The notes under the pieces are model-generated. The model was given only the letters and a program-made list of their open reading frames with translations. It was not told where the DNA came from and ran no database searches. This document shows positions 24,942 to 33,342 of a stretch of 38,544 nt of DNA, one piece after another. This stretch comes from Actinomycetota bacterium (GTDB lineage Bacteria; Actinomycetota; Aquicultoria; Subteraquimicrobiales; Subteraquimicrobiaceae): assembly GCA_040755895.1 (NCBI GenBank), contig JBFMAG010000134.1, forward strand, positions 1 through 38,544, written 5' to 3'. A program made the position numbers and the translations under genes. Positions within the stretch are counted from its first letter, which is position 1. Each line of letters starts with the position of its first letter.

Positions 24942-25507
24942 CTCTCCCTCCTGAAAATACTCAATGATTCTTCATAAGCTCTATCCAGCATTAAAGCGCA
25001 CAATGTGTATCCAAGATCTCTTGGCCTAGGAGCTTTGGTGAGTTCTCTATCGATTAACTCAAGATGGAGATAGGGAACATCTGGGCAGCCTCCACCCGAA
25101 ATATTCAAAATAACACCACTCTGCTTGTCGAAGGTGATCTTCATATTGCCCGCTCTGACCATCACCCAGTTGTCAAACTGAGTTACCTTTATAATATCCA
25201 AGGGCTTTTGACTCTCTGCATTAAGTGGAATGATGTCTCCCAAGGTTTCAATCTCACTTTCGCGAAGTACCCGCTCGATCCCCATCCGCTCCACTGTAGC
25301 CACTTCGATTGCGAGATCGCATCCCTTTCGCAAAGCAGGTGGTGGAGCAACCAATTTGAAATTATAACCGCTCTTCTTGAGAACCTTCTCCGCCTTTAAT
25401 GCTTCCTGAACCGCTTTGAACAGGATTAAACCTCTTCCCCTTGAGGATGCACTTTTCTCCGGAGAAGGTCTCGATCTAGACCAAAATCCCATTATCCATC
25501 TCTCCAT
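24932..25507 (-). CDS. DUF3343-like (putative Se/S carrier) domain protein with extra C-terminal domain
   Basis: 191-aa ORF. LILFKAVQEALKAEKVLKKSGYNFKLVAPPPALRKGCDLAIEV fits the DUF3343 pattern as I recall it. The C-terminal part contains SGGGCPDVPY. Confidence 0.55.
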   Translation of the reverse strand: MERWIMGFWSRSRPSPEKSASSRGRGLILFKAVQEALKAEKVLKKSGYNFKLVAPPPALRKGCDLAIEVATVERMGIERVLRESEIETLGDIIPLNAESQKPLDIIKVTQFDNWVMVRAGNMKITFDKQSGVILNISGGGCPDVPYLHLELIDRELTKAPRPRDLGYTLCALMLDRAYEESLSIFRRERCY

Positions 25508-25650
25508 CCCTTTATAAAGGTTAACCGTACTTTGGCAAAATTTAAGTTTGTACAGTTAAAGTCTTGCTTGCATTTTGCATTTGCCACGGGGGATGCAGTA
25601 TTTATGCAGATAAAAACAGTTATCTACGAAATTTGCCAAACTAAAGGAGG

Positions 25651-26721
25651 TTAATATGTCTCTCTATTGAGCAACCCAATGGCACAAGCGATAATGAGCC
25701 CTAAAATCACGGCGATCTTGCCATAAATGGTTACGCCCTTGGGTGAGGCAGCAAGCATAAAATTATGAGAAATGGCTGCACCTATTATCATTCCCAATAC
25801 CGCGATAGCGGAATCGGTATTTCCGCCGCCCGCCAACACCAGCTGTCGCAAGGGGCAACCCCCAAGCAAAATGGAGCCCAAGCCCAACAACATCATTCCC
25901 AGGAAGTTCCATACGTGTTCGGGGTGAGCAATGGGTTGATCGACGAAGCCCAGATTGAATTTCCCGATGGCAAGATTGCCAATTAAAGTGACTATGAAGA
26001 TGGCAATGAACCCCTGTACTAGATAACTGTCGCCGATGAGTATTAAATCTCTAATGCCTCCAGCCAGACAGAGTCTTGCTCTCTGGGCAAGGAACCCTCC
26101 CAGCAACCCGGCGATGAGTGAGAGGATAATAATTGCATGTTGTGCTCCAGGACCCTCCTTGCTGAAGAAGATGGGACCTCCAGCTTCAGGATTAAATACC
26201 GGTTTAAATAGAAGTAATAACAGTAAGACTATCATTATTCCAGGAAGCATCCATCCATCCACTTTCCGTTGTTCCTGCGAACGCCCTAGGTTATAACCCA
26301 TCTTGAGGAAGACTACTCCCAGGGCAATGCCACAAATGAACCCAATGAGAGCAATTACGGCATTGATATCCCCACCCGCTAAGCGCAAGATCATGCGCAG
26401 AGGGCAACCCAGGAATACCAGAGCCCCGATCATGACGAACATACCTAATATAAAGCGAGTTGCCGGAGATGAACCACCCTCCGGGCGAAATTCCCCAAAG
26501 CAAAAAGCGGCACACAAGGCTCCCAATACTATACCGATTATCTCGGGACGCAGATATTGTACAACTGCTGCTCTATGCAATCCCAAGGCTCCCGCGATAT
26601 CCCTTTCAAAGCAAGCGATACAAAATCCCATATTAAGCGGATTACCAAAGACAACTAATATGACTGCAAAAATACCAACCACCAGACCTGCAGCCCAGAT
26701 CAATAAATTTTCTCTTTTCAT
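25651..26721 (-). CDS. yedE: YedE/YeeE-family membrane protein (putative selenium/sulfur compound transporter)
   Basis: 356-aa polytopic ORF. It has GNPLNMGFCIACFERDIAGALGLH and two GCPLR motifs (GCPLRMILRLAGGD, GCPLRQLVLAGGGN), which are characteristic of the family. Confidence 0.85.
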   Translation of the reverse strand: MKRENLLIWAAGLVVGIFAVILVVFGNPLNMGFCIACFERDIAGALGLHRAAVVQYLRPEIIGIVLGALCAAFCFGEFRPEGGSSPATRFILGMFVMIGALVFLGCPLRMILRLAGGDINAVIALIGFICGIALGVVFLKMGYNLGRSQEQRKVDGWMLPGIMIVLLLLLLFKPVFNPEAGGPIFFSKEGPGAQHAIIILSLIAGLLGGFLAQRARLCLAGGIRDLILIGDSYLVQGFIAIFIVTLIGNLAIGKFNLGFVDQPIAHPEHVWNFLGMMLLGLGSILLGGCPLRQLVLAGGGNTDSAIAVLGMIIGAAISHNFMLAASPKGVTIYGKIAVILGLIIACAIGLLNRETY

Positions 26722-26722
26722 A

Positions 26723-26944
26723 CTATGCCTCCTTTCTCTCGATTAAGAGACGAAACTCGTCTCCTTCCTGTTTTACGTTTACGGAGTAACCTTTGCTTCT
26801 CGCCAACCTACTGACATTCTCCATGGATACTGCACTGTCAATCAGCACGACGATTGCTTCATTTGGATTTTGCTCCAAGGCTTTTTTGGTCTTTACAACG
26901 GGCAGTGGGCAAGAAAGACCTCTGACATCAACCTCAATGGACAC
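26723..26944 (-). CDS. TusA/SirA-like sulfurtransferase (short YedF-like)
   Basis: 73-aa ORF. VDVRGLSCPLPVVKTKKAL is the TusA CPxP active-site motif. Its stop lies 1 nt before the yedE ATG. Confidence 0.85.
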   Translation of the reverse strand: MSIEVDVRGLSCPLPVVKTKKALEQNPNEAIVVLIDSAVSMENVSRLARSKGYSVNVKQEGDEFRLLIERKEA

Positions 26945-27128
26945 ATTATCACCTCCTCTATCTTGATATCTAAGACCGTCGTGAACCTTATCTTGAAGAA
27001 TTGAAACTATTAGAATTTCTTATTGATTTGAAGTAATAATAAATACTTATTAAATTAATAATCTTTTTAAATAATTCTACATGTGCTCGGTGAATCCTCC
27101 ATAAACCTAGAAGATTTTTCTGTGAGAT

Positions 27129-27165
27129 AAAAAAATCGCAAGGTCAAACCAATTCTGCCTTGCGA
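27129..27165 (-). terminator. Rho-independent terminator after the HExxH protein gene
   Basis: Minus strand: TCGCAAGG-(14-nt loop)-CCTTGCGA followed by TTTTTTT (plus-strand A-run 27129-27135). Confidence 0.65.
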
Positions 27166-27218
27166 GAGCAATTGGTACTGGATATTTTTAGACGCATAAA
27201 CAGACCAATCGGTTTGCT

Positions 27219-27908
27219 CTAATCATAGGGGAGATCTATCCCTATCCTTTGAAAATCCTTTCTAATAAGTTCAAAGGCTTCGGATTTATTCTTCTTCATC
27301 AAGCTCACCGCATAATCACAATCGGGGTTTGTCTCAGAGATTTCAACTAGCTTGTCTCCCACTTGGAACTTGAGCCCCCTCCTCACCTCCAGCCAAACCT
27401 TCGCCTGAGCTTGGTAGCATTGGTATTCCTGAGATACGGAATCATCCTCGAAGAATGAATCCAGTTGGACATGTTTGCCCTCATGAGCAATAATAGCTGC
27501 TAAAACCGTCGTTGGTGCCTCCCTATAGCTATTGCTGATAACTATGGTGCCAGTCGTAACGAAGGGTATGGCTGATCTATACTCCGCCGCGGCAAAAGCT
27601 ATCTTAGGTTTACCGAAAATTATCCTTATCTTCCTTTTTTGTATGATCTCTGCAATCTCCCTTCCCGTCCTACTTCCCTTCAAAGCATTGAAACTTTCCC
27701 TTAATTTTCCATCTTTGATGGTTTCTCTAACCCAGCGATAATCAAGGTCGGTAAGGAAAGAAGTGGAGTGGGAAACCGGATTTAAATTGGAGGAGATACC
27801 GATTTGAACCGAGGGTTTAGTGGCGATGCTTATGTGAATGGTTTTAAACCAGGGTGATTGAGTAATCAGTAAAACAATGACAACGAAGAGTGCTAATTTC
27901 TTTAACAT
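27219..27908 (-). CDS. Secreted hypothetical protein with HExxH motif (putative metallopeptidase-like)
   Basis: 229-aa ORF with a signal/anchor (MLKKLALFVVIVLLITQSPW) and AAIIAHEGKHVQLD (HExxH). The GGAGGAGG SD is embedded in a hairpin. Confidence 0.6.
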   Translation of the reverse strand: MLKKLALFVVIVLLITQSPWFKTIHISIATKPSVQIGISSNLNPVSHSTSFLTDLDYRWVRETIKDGKLRESFNALKGSRTGREIAEIIQKRKIRIIFGKPKIAFAAAEYRSAIPFVTTGTIVISNSYREAPTTVLAAIIAHEGKHVQLDSFFEDDSVSQEYQCYQAQAKVWLEVRRGLKFQVGDKLVEISETNPDCDYAVSLMKKNKSEAFELIRKDFQRIGIDLPYD

Positions 27909-27911
27909 CCA

Positions 27912-27966
27912 GCTTGTCCTCCTCCGGCTTTGCCCGGTCCCGCCGGACTACCGGAGATGGACAAGC
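27912..27966 (-). promoter_or_regulatory. SD-sequestering hairpin (putative expression platform of the riboswitch)
   Basis: Minus strand: GCTTGTCCATCTCCGG...CCGGAGGAGGACAAGC. The 3' arm contains the GGAGGAGG SD of the gene starting at 27908. No U-tract follows. Confidence 0.5.
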
Positions 27967-27994
27967 CCCTCTTTTTACCCCTTTTTATCCTGGT

Positions 27995-28074
27995 CAACTT
28001 CGGCAGCCCGGCTACCCCTTACGGGTCCGTGGCTTTGCGCCCCCCACTCTCGTGGGGTTTGCCTTTGTCGGTTG
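27995..28074 (-). promoter_or_regulatory. c-di-GMP-I (GEMM-I) riboswitch aptamer
   Basis: The minus-strand sequence is CAACCGACAAAGGCAAACC-CCAC-GAGA-GUGG-GGGGCGCAAAGCC-ACGGACCC-GUAA-GGGGUAGCCGGGCUGCC-GAAGUUG. It aligns by eye with the V. cholerae Vc2 aptamer (GGCAAACC...GAAA...GGGACGCAAAGCC). Both hairpins are GNRA-capped and P1 closes (GGCA/UGCC, CAAC/GUUG). Confidence 0.75.
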
Positions 28075-28266
28075 TCCACTATCTATATCGACAGGGTATG
28101 TCAAAGACCTTAGAGAAGTTAGTTGAGGCTAGGGTTACACCAGTTGGAGGTTAAGTTTCGAGGTTCGGGTTGAGCATTTATTCTCTCCAAAAGTATAGTA
28201 ATTTTTTCTCTCCAAAAGTATATCTAATTAGAGAGAAAATTTTGGTTCAAGGTTGTAGGTGGGAAG

Positions 28267-28292
28267 GAAGCTGGATGCTGAGAGCTGATAGC
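28267..28292. repeat. AGCTGATAGC-type short repeat at a gene 3' end
   Basis: GAAGCTGGATGCTGAGAGCTGATAGC lies just downstream of the stop at 28300. It is closely related to the reverse complement of 36611-36643 and to 36931-36961. Confidence 0.6.
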
Positions 28293-28299
28293 GGGACTC

Positions 28300-31200
28300 T
28301 TAGTAGGCATTGGTATACGAGATCCAAACTCCTATATCGTGGCAACCCACACCGGCACATGCGCTGTCCGTCACTATCCTTCCCCCACCGATGTAATGAT
28401 CATATCCGCGGTTGATCAAATGGGCCTGCTTCTTACCATGGCTTCCATGGCAATCCATACACGCTTGATGACCCGAAATTCTATGTCCCTGCCAGCGGCT
28501 CTTGGAGAGAAGGGGGTCGCCCACGGAATAGGACTCCTGAGCATGACATTGGAAGCAGAGACTTGTATCGATAGTTGTGTATGGTGCCCTCAAAATATGC
28601 TCATTCGCTGAACCTGCGAGACACTGGGCACCGGTTTGATTATTAGTGCCGTGACAATCGGTACAATAAACCAAACTGGCATCCGTCCAGGGAGCAACGA
28701 AAGCCAGGAGGTCAATGCCGGTATTCTTCCCCACACCTTCCACTGGATGATAGGATGGATTGGTCATATCAAATTCAAAGGCTTTATCCTTCTGCTCCGG
28801 GGGTAGGGTCGTATACGTGGAATGACACTTATAACATAGTTCGTACTGATTCACGATGGGATTTACCGGTACACCGTTGGTGTCTACCCCCCCAACGCCT
28901 TTAATCTTCCCGCTCGCCGCAGGAGCACTCGCCCCATCGGGGGTTGCCTTATGTGGATTATGACAGTCCACACATTCTGAATGGCGCTTGGAACTCACGG
29001 GATCATAAGCGAGATTGGAGAAATTCTCCGTATCCTGATGGATGCCCGTCACCGTGTCCACGGGATGCTTATATGCTTTGGTCAAAAGGGTATCGATATC
29101 GGGAGCTCCAATTGTTGGTCCCGTGGTGGGATTATGGCAAGCCAAACAGAGCCTTTCCTCCCCATAAACAGTCGAATTATCATAATTAAACGCATTCAAC
29201 CTTGCATTATTTGAGCCATGGGGATGATGGCAAGTTTTGCACGTAATGCCGGCAAGGGCATTGGTGGCCATACCCGCCGAAGTAAAGGCGGATTTATTCC
29301 ATCCGGGGAAGAAGGGCGAAAGCTCCAAAGATATCGTGGGATGAGAGATATTATGTGGAACCACGGTGGTCGAGTTGGTCACCGCCAGGGGTGGCGCACC
29401 ATTGTGGCACTTCAAACAGAAATCGATCATGCCTCCAGTCCAAAGATTCTTCGTATTATCGGGATCGGATATCATCGCACCAGCTACTGCCCGGGCGACA
29501 TGAGGTCCATGGCAACTTGTGCACTCGACTTTGGCACCAGTCTCAGAGATTATGTCATGGTGGGAAGGCAAACTGAATTGAGCCTGTATATCCCAATTGT
29601 TGAGGGTATTGGGGAGATTCGCGGAATTGTGGCAGGTGTAACAAAGTTCCTCCTCCAGCCCTCTGTTCAATCGGGGGAAGTCTGAGCCATGGTTTCGATG
29701 ACAATTAATGCACTTTATGAGCGTTCCCGATGGAGGATAACCTGTATTTACATCATGTGCAGCAATTCCCGTGAAGTTGGTGATATGATCTCCACCTAAG
29801 GCATAACCCAATCCCAAGTCCGAGGCACCATGGCAGGCTCCGCAGAAGTCATTTCCCTGGTAAATCTTATTGCCCGCGGGATCGGTCACTCGCAACAATC
29901 TTGGATAATAATTTCCAAGCGCGTCCTTATTTCCATGTGTATTGTGGCAATGCGAACATTCTAAAATGTGGCGAGGATCTTTAATGAATAAGAGATCCTT
30001 AATGGGATACCGCGATTCGCGCGGACTATCATAAGCATCTCTAATATTGGTGACATCTCCCATCCCATCATGGCAAGTAAGACAGAGCTCCGCCTCGATT
30101 TCACGAACCAAGTGATTATCGCCCACCGCCGTATGATTTCGATGACAGCAGGCACACATATCGGTATCTACGGTGTAATTCCTATGTGGAGTGGAGATCA
30201 CACCGGGATTATTGACGACCACGGTTACAGCATCGATGGTCACATTGTCCGCTTTATCCTTCGCTATTAACCTTATGGTATACGTTCCATTGGAAATTCC
30301 CAGCGTATATCCAGATTCGAGGGCATTGTCCAAGACGGGAGTGGTATGCACGGCTCCCAATAGCGTCCAGGTAGTGGGTGCGGAGGTAGCACCATATTCC
30401 AGCTTGTATTGACCAAAATTTTCATCTGTAGCTGTCCCATAAATGGTTATGATTCCACTAACCTCGCTATCGGTAACCGGTTGGCTGATGGAAGCCTGAG
30501 GAGGAGTGTTGTCCACAGTTACGCTTACCCCGGGTCCAGGGCTCTCAACATTGCCATAATTATCGATTGCCCTGGACCTGATGTTGTAAACACCGTCGGC
30601 GGGCAATGTCCAGCTAAAGCTCCAGATATCGGTGCCAGCTGCATCTTGCCAGGTATTTCCGCCATCCGTGGAAATCTGCACCTTTGCAATCCCCGAGCCG
30701 CCCAGATTATCCTGAGCCGTGCCGGTTATGTTATATGCGATGCCCTTAAGGTGTGAACCATCGGCTGGATCGGTGATTGTAGAGGTTGGAGCGATGCCAT
30801 CTGAAGGTAAGGAGTAGTCCACCACCAGTTTTGGTCTTAAAGTCGGATCGTCTGCGTAATCCGAGGAGTAGAATACCCCACCTTCGATGATACCAGTCTC
30901 ACCAGTGAGTAGAACTATTCCCTTATTGATCTCTCTGCCGGCGTGCCAATCGCTCACCAGCGTGGTGATATCCCAGCTCTTCCAAACATCCGCTGCATCC
31001 ATGAGCTGACGATCCAAAATCTCTTCAAAGCTCGGTTGGGTGTTCCAGGTAACTCCGTCCGCGGGAACGGCACCCGTGCCCTCCTTCCACTCGGAAGCCA
31101 CCTTGCGGACGTAGACATTCCCACCAAAGGCACTTTTAACATAGAGTTGCAAGCTCGCGGAGTTGATTATGCTTTTGGGTGGAATGGAGCTTAAGTCGAA

Positions 31201-32268
31201 TTGCAAAAAGCTTCTCGTCGTGGTCACTGTTCCAATCCAGGCATTTAACGTCGCGTCTGCGCCAAAATTGACATCGGGTTGAGTGCTATCAACATGGGCA
31301 TCCTTCCCCACGATGGGATCGGGCTGTATCACGACGGTGGGATCGATTATCACCGGGAATGTAGCGGTCTTCAACCAAGCGGGATCGACGGAGAGGGTCA
31401 GGAAGCTCTTGCCCTTTATCTTCTTCAAGGTTATGTTCACATTACTGATTCTCTCCTCAAAATCCTTGGCGAAGGGTGAAACGGTCCTACAATTGCCAAA
31501 GTCTAGCGACCCGCCCTTCAAAGGAGCAATGGACTTATTGGAGACGACTTCAAAGACAAAAGAATGAGGAGCCGAGCTCTCTTTAAGGATTATCTCCTCC
31601 TTAACATAAGTCGCTCCAACCTTGTACCGCAGATCGGTGGATTTAAATGCATTCTTATAGGTTATTCGGTTTTTGTAGACCTTCCCATGGACACGTTTTG
31701 CACCTTTGGGGATGAATTTGACTTCCGTTTTGTCGACCTTTAGCGTGAGACTTGGTGTAGTGGAACCGAAGGCAGCCCGAAATGGAAGATCAGTAACCTT
31801 CAAATTTTTAATGCTCGGGTTAAGCTCATGCCATCCGCCAACATCATCCCTGTAGTGAACTGGTGTGGCATAAATCACCGCGGTCATGGTGCCCTCGAGA
31901 TTTTTAAAGACCTTAGCGTATTGTGAGCGCAGTTGAACGAGTTCCCCAAAACTGTGTTCGGAAATCGAAGCCGCAGGTAATGCACACTTTATACACAATC
32001 CAAACATGAGGGAGCTTGTGGCAAAGGAGACAATTATGGCTAAATCCAGGACAATGGTGATAAAATCCCTTCTCTTGATCTTCAAAATCCATTTGCGCAT
32101 TCCCCGACGTATTCTTTCGAGACGCGCCAAGACCAACTCCGTGATCGTCAAATGTTGGTGGAGATTTCCAAGAGTGAGCGAGAAAGCGTTCGAAACAAAG
32201 CTGCATTTGACGGCATTGAAGGGATTATACATGCCTCTTCCCATTATTTTGTCCATTCTTAACTCCAT
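28300..32268 (-). CDS. Large extracytoplasmic DNRLRE-domain / Ig-like / multihaem c-type cytochrome fusion protein
   Basis: 1322-aa maximal ORF. The likely real start is the ATG at 32100 (MRKWILKIKRRDF plus a TM/signal anchor). The DNRLRE-like segment reads RSFLQFDLSSIPPKSIINSASLQLYV...WKEGTGA...GVTWNTQP. Two Ig-like repeats follow. The C-terminal ~650 aa carry 15 CxxCH motifs plus one CxxxxCH, many as CxxCHxxH. Confidence 0.8.
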   Translation of the reverse strand: MELRMDKIMGRGMYNPFNAVKCSFVSNAFSLTLGNLHQHLTITELVLARLERIRRGMRKWILKIKRRDFITIVLDLAIIVSFATSSLMFGLCIKCALPAASISEHSFGELVQLRSQYAKVFKNLEGTMTAVIYATPVHYRDDVGGWHELNPSIKNLKVTDLPFRAAFGSTTPSLTLKVDKTEVKFIPKGAKRVHGKVYKNRITYKNAFKSTDLRYKVGATYVKEEIILKESSAPHSFVFEVVSNKSIAPLKGGSLDFGNCRTVSPFAKDFEERISNVNITLKKIKGKSFLTLSVDPAWLKTATFPVIIDPTVVIQPDPIVGKDAHVDSTQPDVNFGADATLNAWIGTVTTTRSFLQFDLSSIPPKSIINSASLQLYVKSAFGGNVYVRKVASEWKEGTGAVPADGVTWNTQPSFEEILDRQLMDAADVWKSWDITTLVSDWHAGREINKGIVLLTGETGIIEGGVFYSSDYADDPTLRPKLVVDYSLPSDGIAPTSTITDPADGSHLKGIAYNITGTAQDNLGGSGIAKVQISTDGGNTWQDAAGTDIWSFSWTLPADGVYNIRSRAIDNYGNVESPGPGVSVTVDNTPPQASISQPVTDSEVSGIITIYGTATDENFGQYKLEYGATSAPTTWTLLGAVHTTPVLDNALESGYTLGISNGTYTIRLIAKDKADNVTIDAVTVVVNNPGVISTPHRNYTVDTDMCACCHRNHTAVGDNHLVREIEAELCLTCHDGMGDVTNIRDAYDSPRESRYPIKDLLFIKDPRHILECSHCHNTHGNKDALGNYYPRLLRVTDPAGNKIYQGNDFCGACHGASDLGLGYALGGDHITNFTGIAAHDVNTGYPPSGTLIKCINCHRNHGSDFPRLNRGLEEELCYTCHNSANLPNTLNNWDIQAQFSLPSHHDIISETGAKVECTSCHGPHVARAVAGAMISDPDNTKNLWTGGMIDFCLKCHNGAPPLAVTNSTTVVPHNISHPTISLELSPFFPGWNKSAFTSAGMATNALAGITCKTCHHPHGSNNARLNAFNYDNSTVYGEERLCLACHNPTTGPTIGAPDIDTLLTKAYKHPVDTVTGIHQDTENFSNLAYDPVSSKRHSECVDCHNPHKATPDGASAPAASGKIKGVGGVDTNGVPVNPIVNQYELCYKCHSTYTTLPPEQKDKAFEFDMTNPSYHPVEGVGKNTGIDLLAFVAPWTDASLVYCTDCHGTNNQTGAQCLAGSANEHILRAPYTTIDTSLCFQCHAQESYSVGDPLLSKSRWQGHRISGHQACMDCHGSHGKKQAHLINRGYDHYIGGGRIVTDSACAGVGCHDIGVWISYTNAY

Positions 32269-32452
32269 ATTTCCACTGGTATTTTACCTAATCAAAGTAT
32301 TTTTTAGACATTAACAGTATCTCTCTCGATCACCAGTTTTTCACACAGACTTTTAATCTCGTATTTTGGCTCCCACGGTTTAAGCCTATAGCAATGAAAA
32401 GCCGACCCCTCCTTTTCGGATTTTCGGAATCGGCTATGCTCCTGCATCTATT

Positions 32453-32472
32453 GCTATCAGCTGAAAGCTGAT
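32453..32472. repeat. AGCTGA(A/T)AGC-type short repeat / hairpin at a gene 3' end
   Basis: GCTATCAGCTGAAAGCTGAT contains the ATCAGC-TGAAA-GCTGAT hairpin. It lies immediately downstream of the stop at 32473. Confidence 0.5.
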
Positions 32473-33342
32473 CTAAAGAATGTACTTCGTGACGGCTACG
32501 ATATCTTCATAAAGCTCCTTGGGCTTGCCCGTGGCAGACATCATGTGAATTTCATAAACTATAACACCATCATACCAACTGAGTGTGGCGTAGGTTGTGG
32601 CATCCGTTCCAAAGTAAGCTGAATGACCGTGAATCGTGGCAGTTCTTGCATCCGAGGGAAACGCCTTTTTGCTCACCGAATCGGTGAATGCCTTAGCACT
32701 TTCTAAGCTTCCCCTGTTGTACACCGATATCAGCAACGATTCCACACGAGGATGATTTTTGGGTATATAACCACAGCAAGCATAATTATCACCTCTTGCT
32801 ATATTCCCCGTGGCAAATCCGGGGATATCCTTCGGCAGAAGGGCAGCGAGATCTACAGCGGGTGGAGTGGATACACCCGGGGTAGGTGGTATGCCTGGAC
32901 CTGGTGATGGACCTGGAGTGGTAGTACCAGGGCTCGGTGGTGCACCTGGAGTAGTGCCAGGGCTGGGAGGAGCACCAGAAACCGCCGCTTCGATCTGCTG
33001 CAACTGCGTTTTGACGCTCTCAAATTTTGGATCGAGCTTTGCCACCTTCTCCAAGAGCTTCTTCGCCTGAGATAGCTCTTTTCTTGCCAGCTGTTTCTGG
33101 GCTTTAGCATAAAGTTCCTCACATTTTTTATGTCTCTCACAAATGGATTTGACCGTTTTAACCTTAAATCTATTTGCCATCCACCTCGGTACCCTAATAG
33201 TCCTCGTGCTATCCTCAATCACGTGCCCATAGCGACAAAGGACCTTCTTCCCCACCTTCACGGGAGTTGTACCCGCATAAGCTACAACACCAAGAACCAA
33301 GATAATAATGACTGCAATGACTATCTTCCTTCTCAAACTCAT
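32473..33342 (-). CDS. Membrane-anchored hypothetical protein, paralog B
   Basis: 289-aa ORF with an N-terminal TM helix. It has a conserved Cys-containing module (VLCRYGHVIEDSTRTIRVPRW...ICERHKKCEELY), a coiled coil and a Pro-rich linker (APPSPGTTPG repeats). A C-terminal globular domain follows. It aligns along its length with 34823-35716 and has an ATGA overlap with the upstream gene. Confidence 0.7.
   Translation of the reverse strand: MSLRRKIVIAVIIILVLGVVAYAGTTPVKVGKKVLCRYGHVIEDSTRTIRVPRWMANRFKVKTVKSICERHKKCEELYAKAQKQLARKELSQAKKLLEKVAKLDPKFESVKTQLQQIEAAVSGAPPSPGTTPGAPPSPGTTTPGPSPGPGIPPTPGVSTPPAVDLAALLPKDIPGFATGNIARGDNYACCGYIPKNHPRVESLLISVYNRGSLESAKAFTDSVSKKAFPSDARTATIHGHSAYFGTDATTYATLSWYDGVIVYEIHMMSATGKPKELYEDIVAVTKYIL

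Noticed and set aside
25651-26721. A selenocysteine (in-frame TGA) version of YedE or its neighbours.
   Set aside because: All ORFs in this operon are uninterrupted, with Cys at the motif positions. I saw no in-frame TGA followed by a SECIS-like hairpin.
28076-28104. A sigma70 promoter (TTGACA at 28104-28099) driving the riboswitch.
   Set aside because: No acceptable -10 hexamer lies at 16-18 nt spacing (TATAGA is only about 11 nt away, and TAGTGG is poor). The start site it implies would truncate the aptamer P1. The riboswitch may instead be transcribed from upstream.
27877-28154. Three overlapping plus-strand ORFs of 74-78 aa.
   Set aside because: They are translations of the GC-rich riboswitch and hairpin region on the wrong strand. 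They overlap each other in all three frames, and none has an SD.
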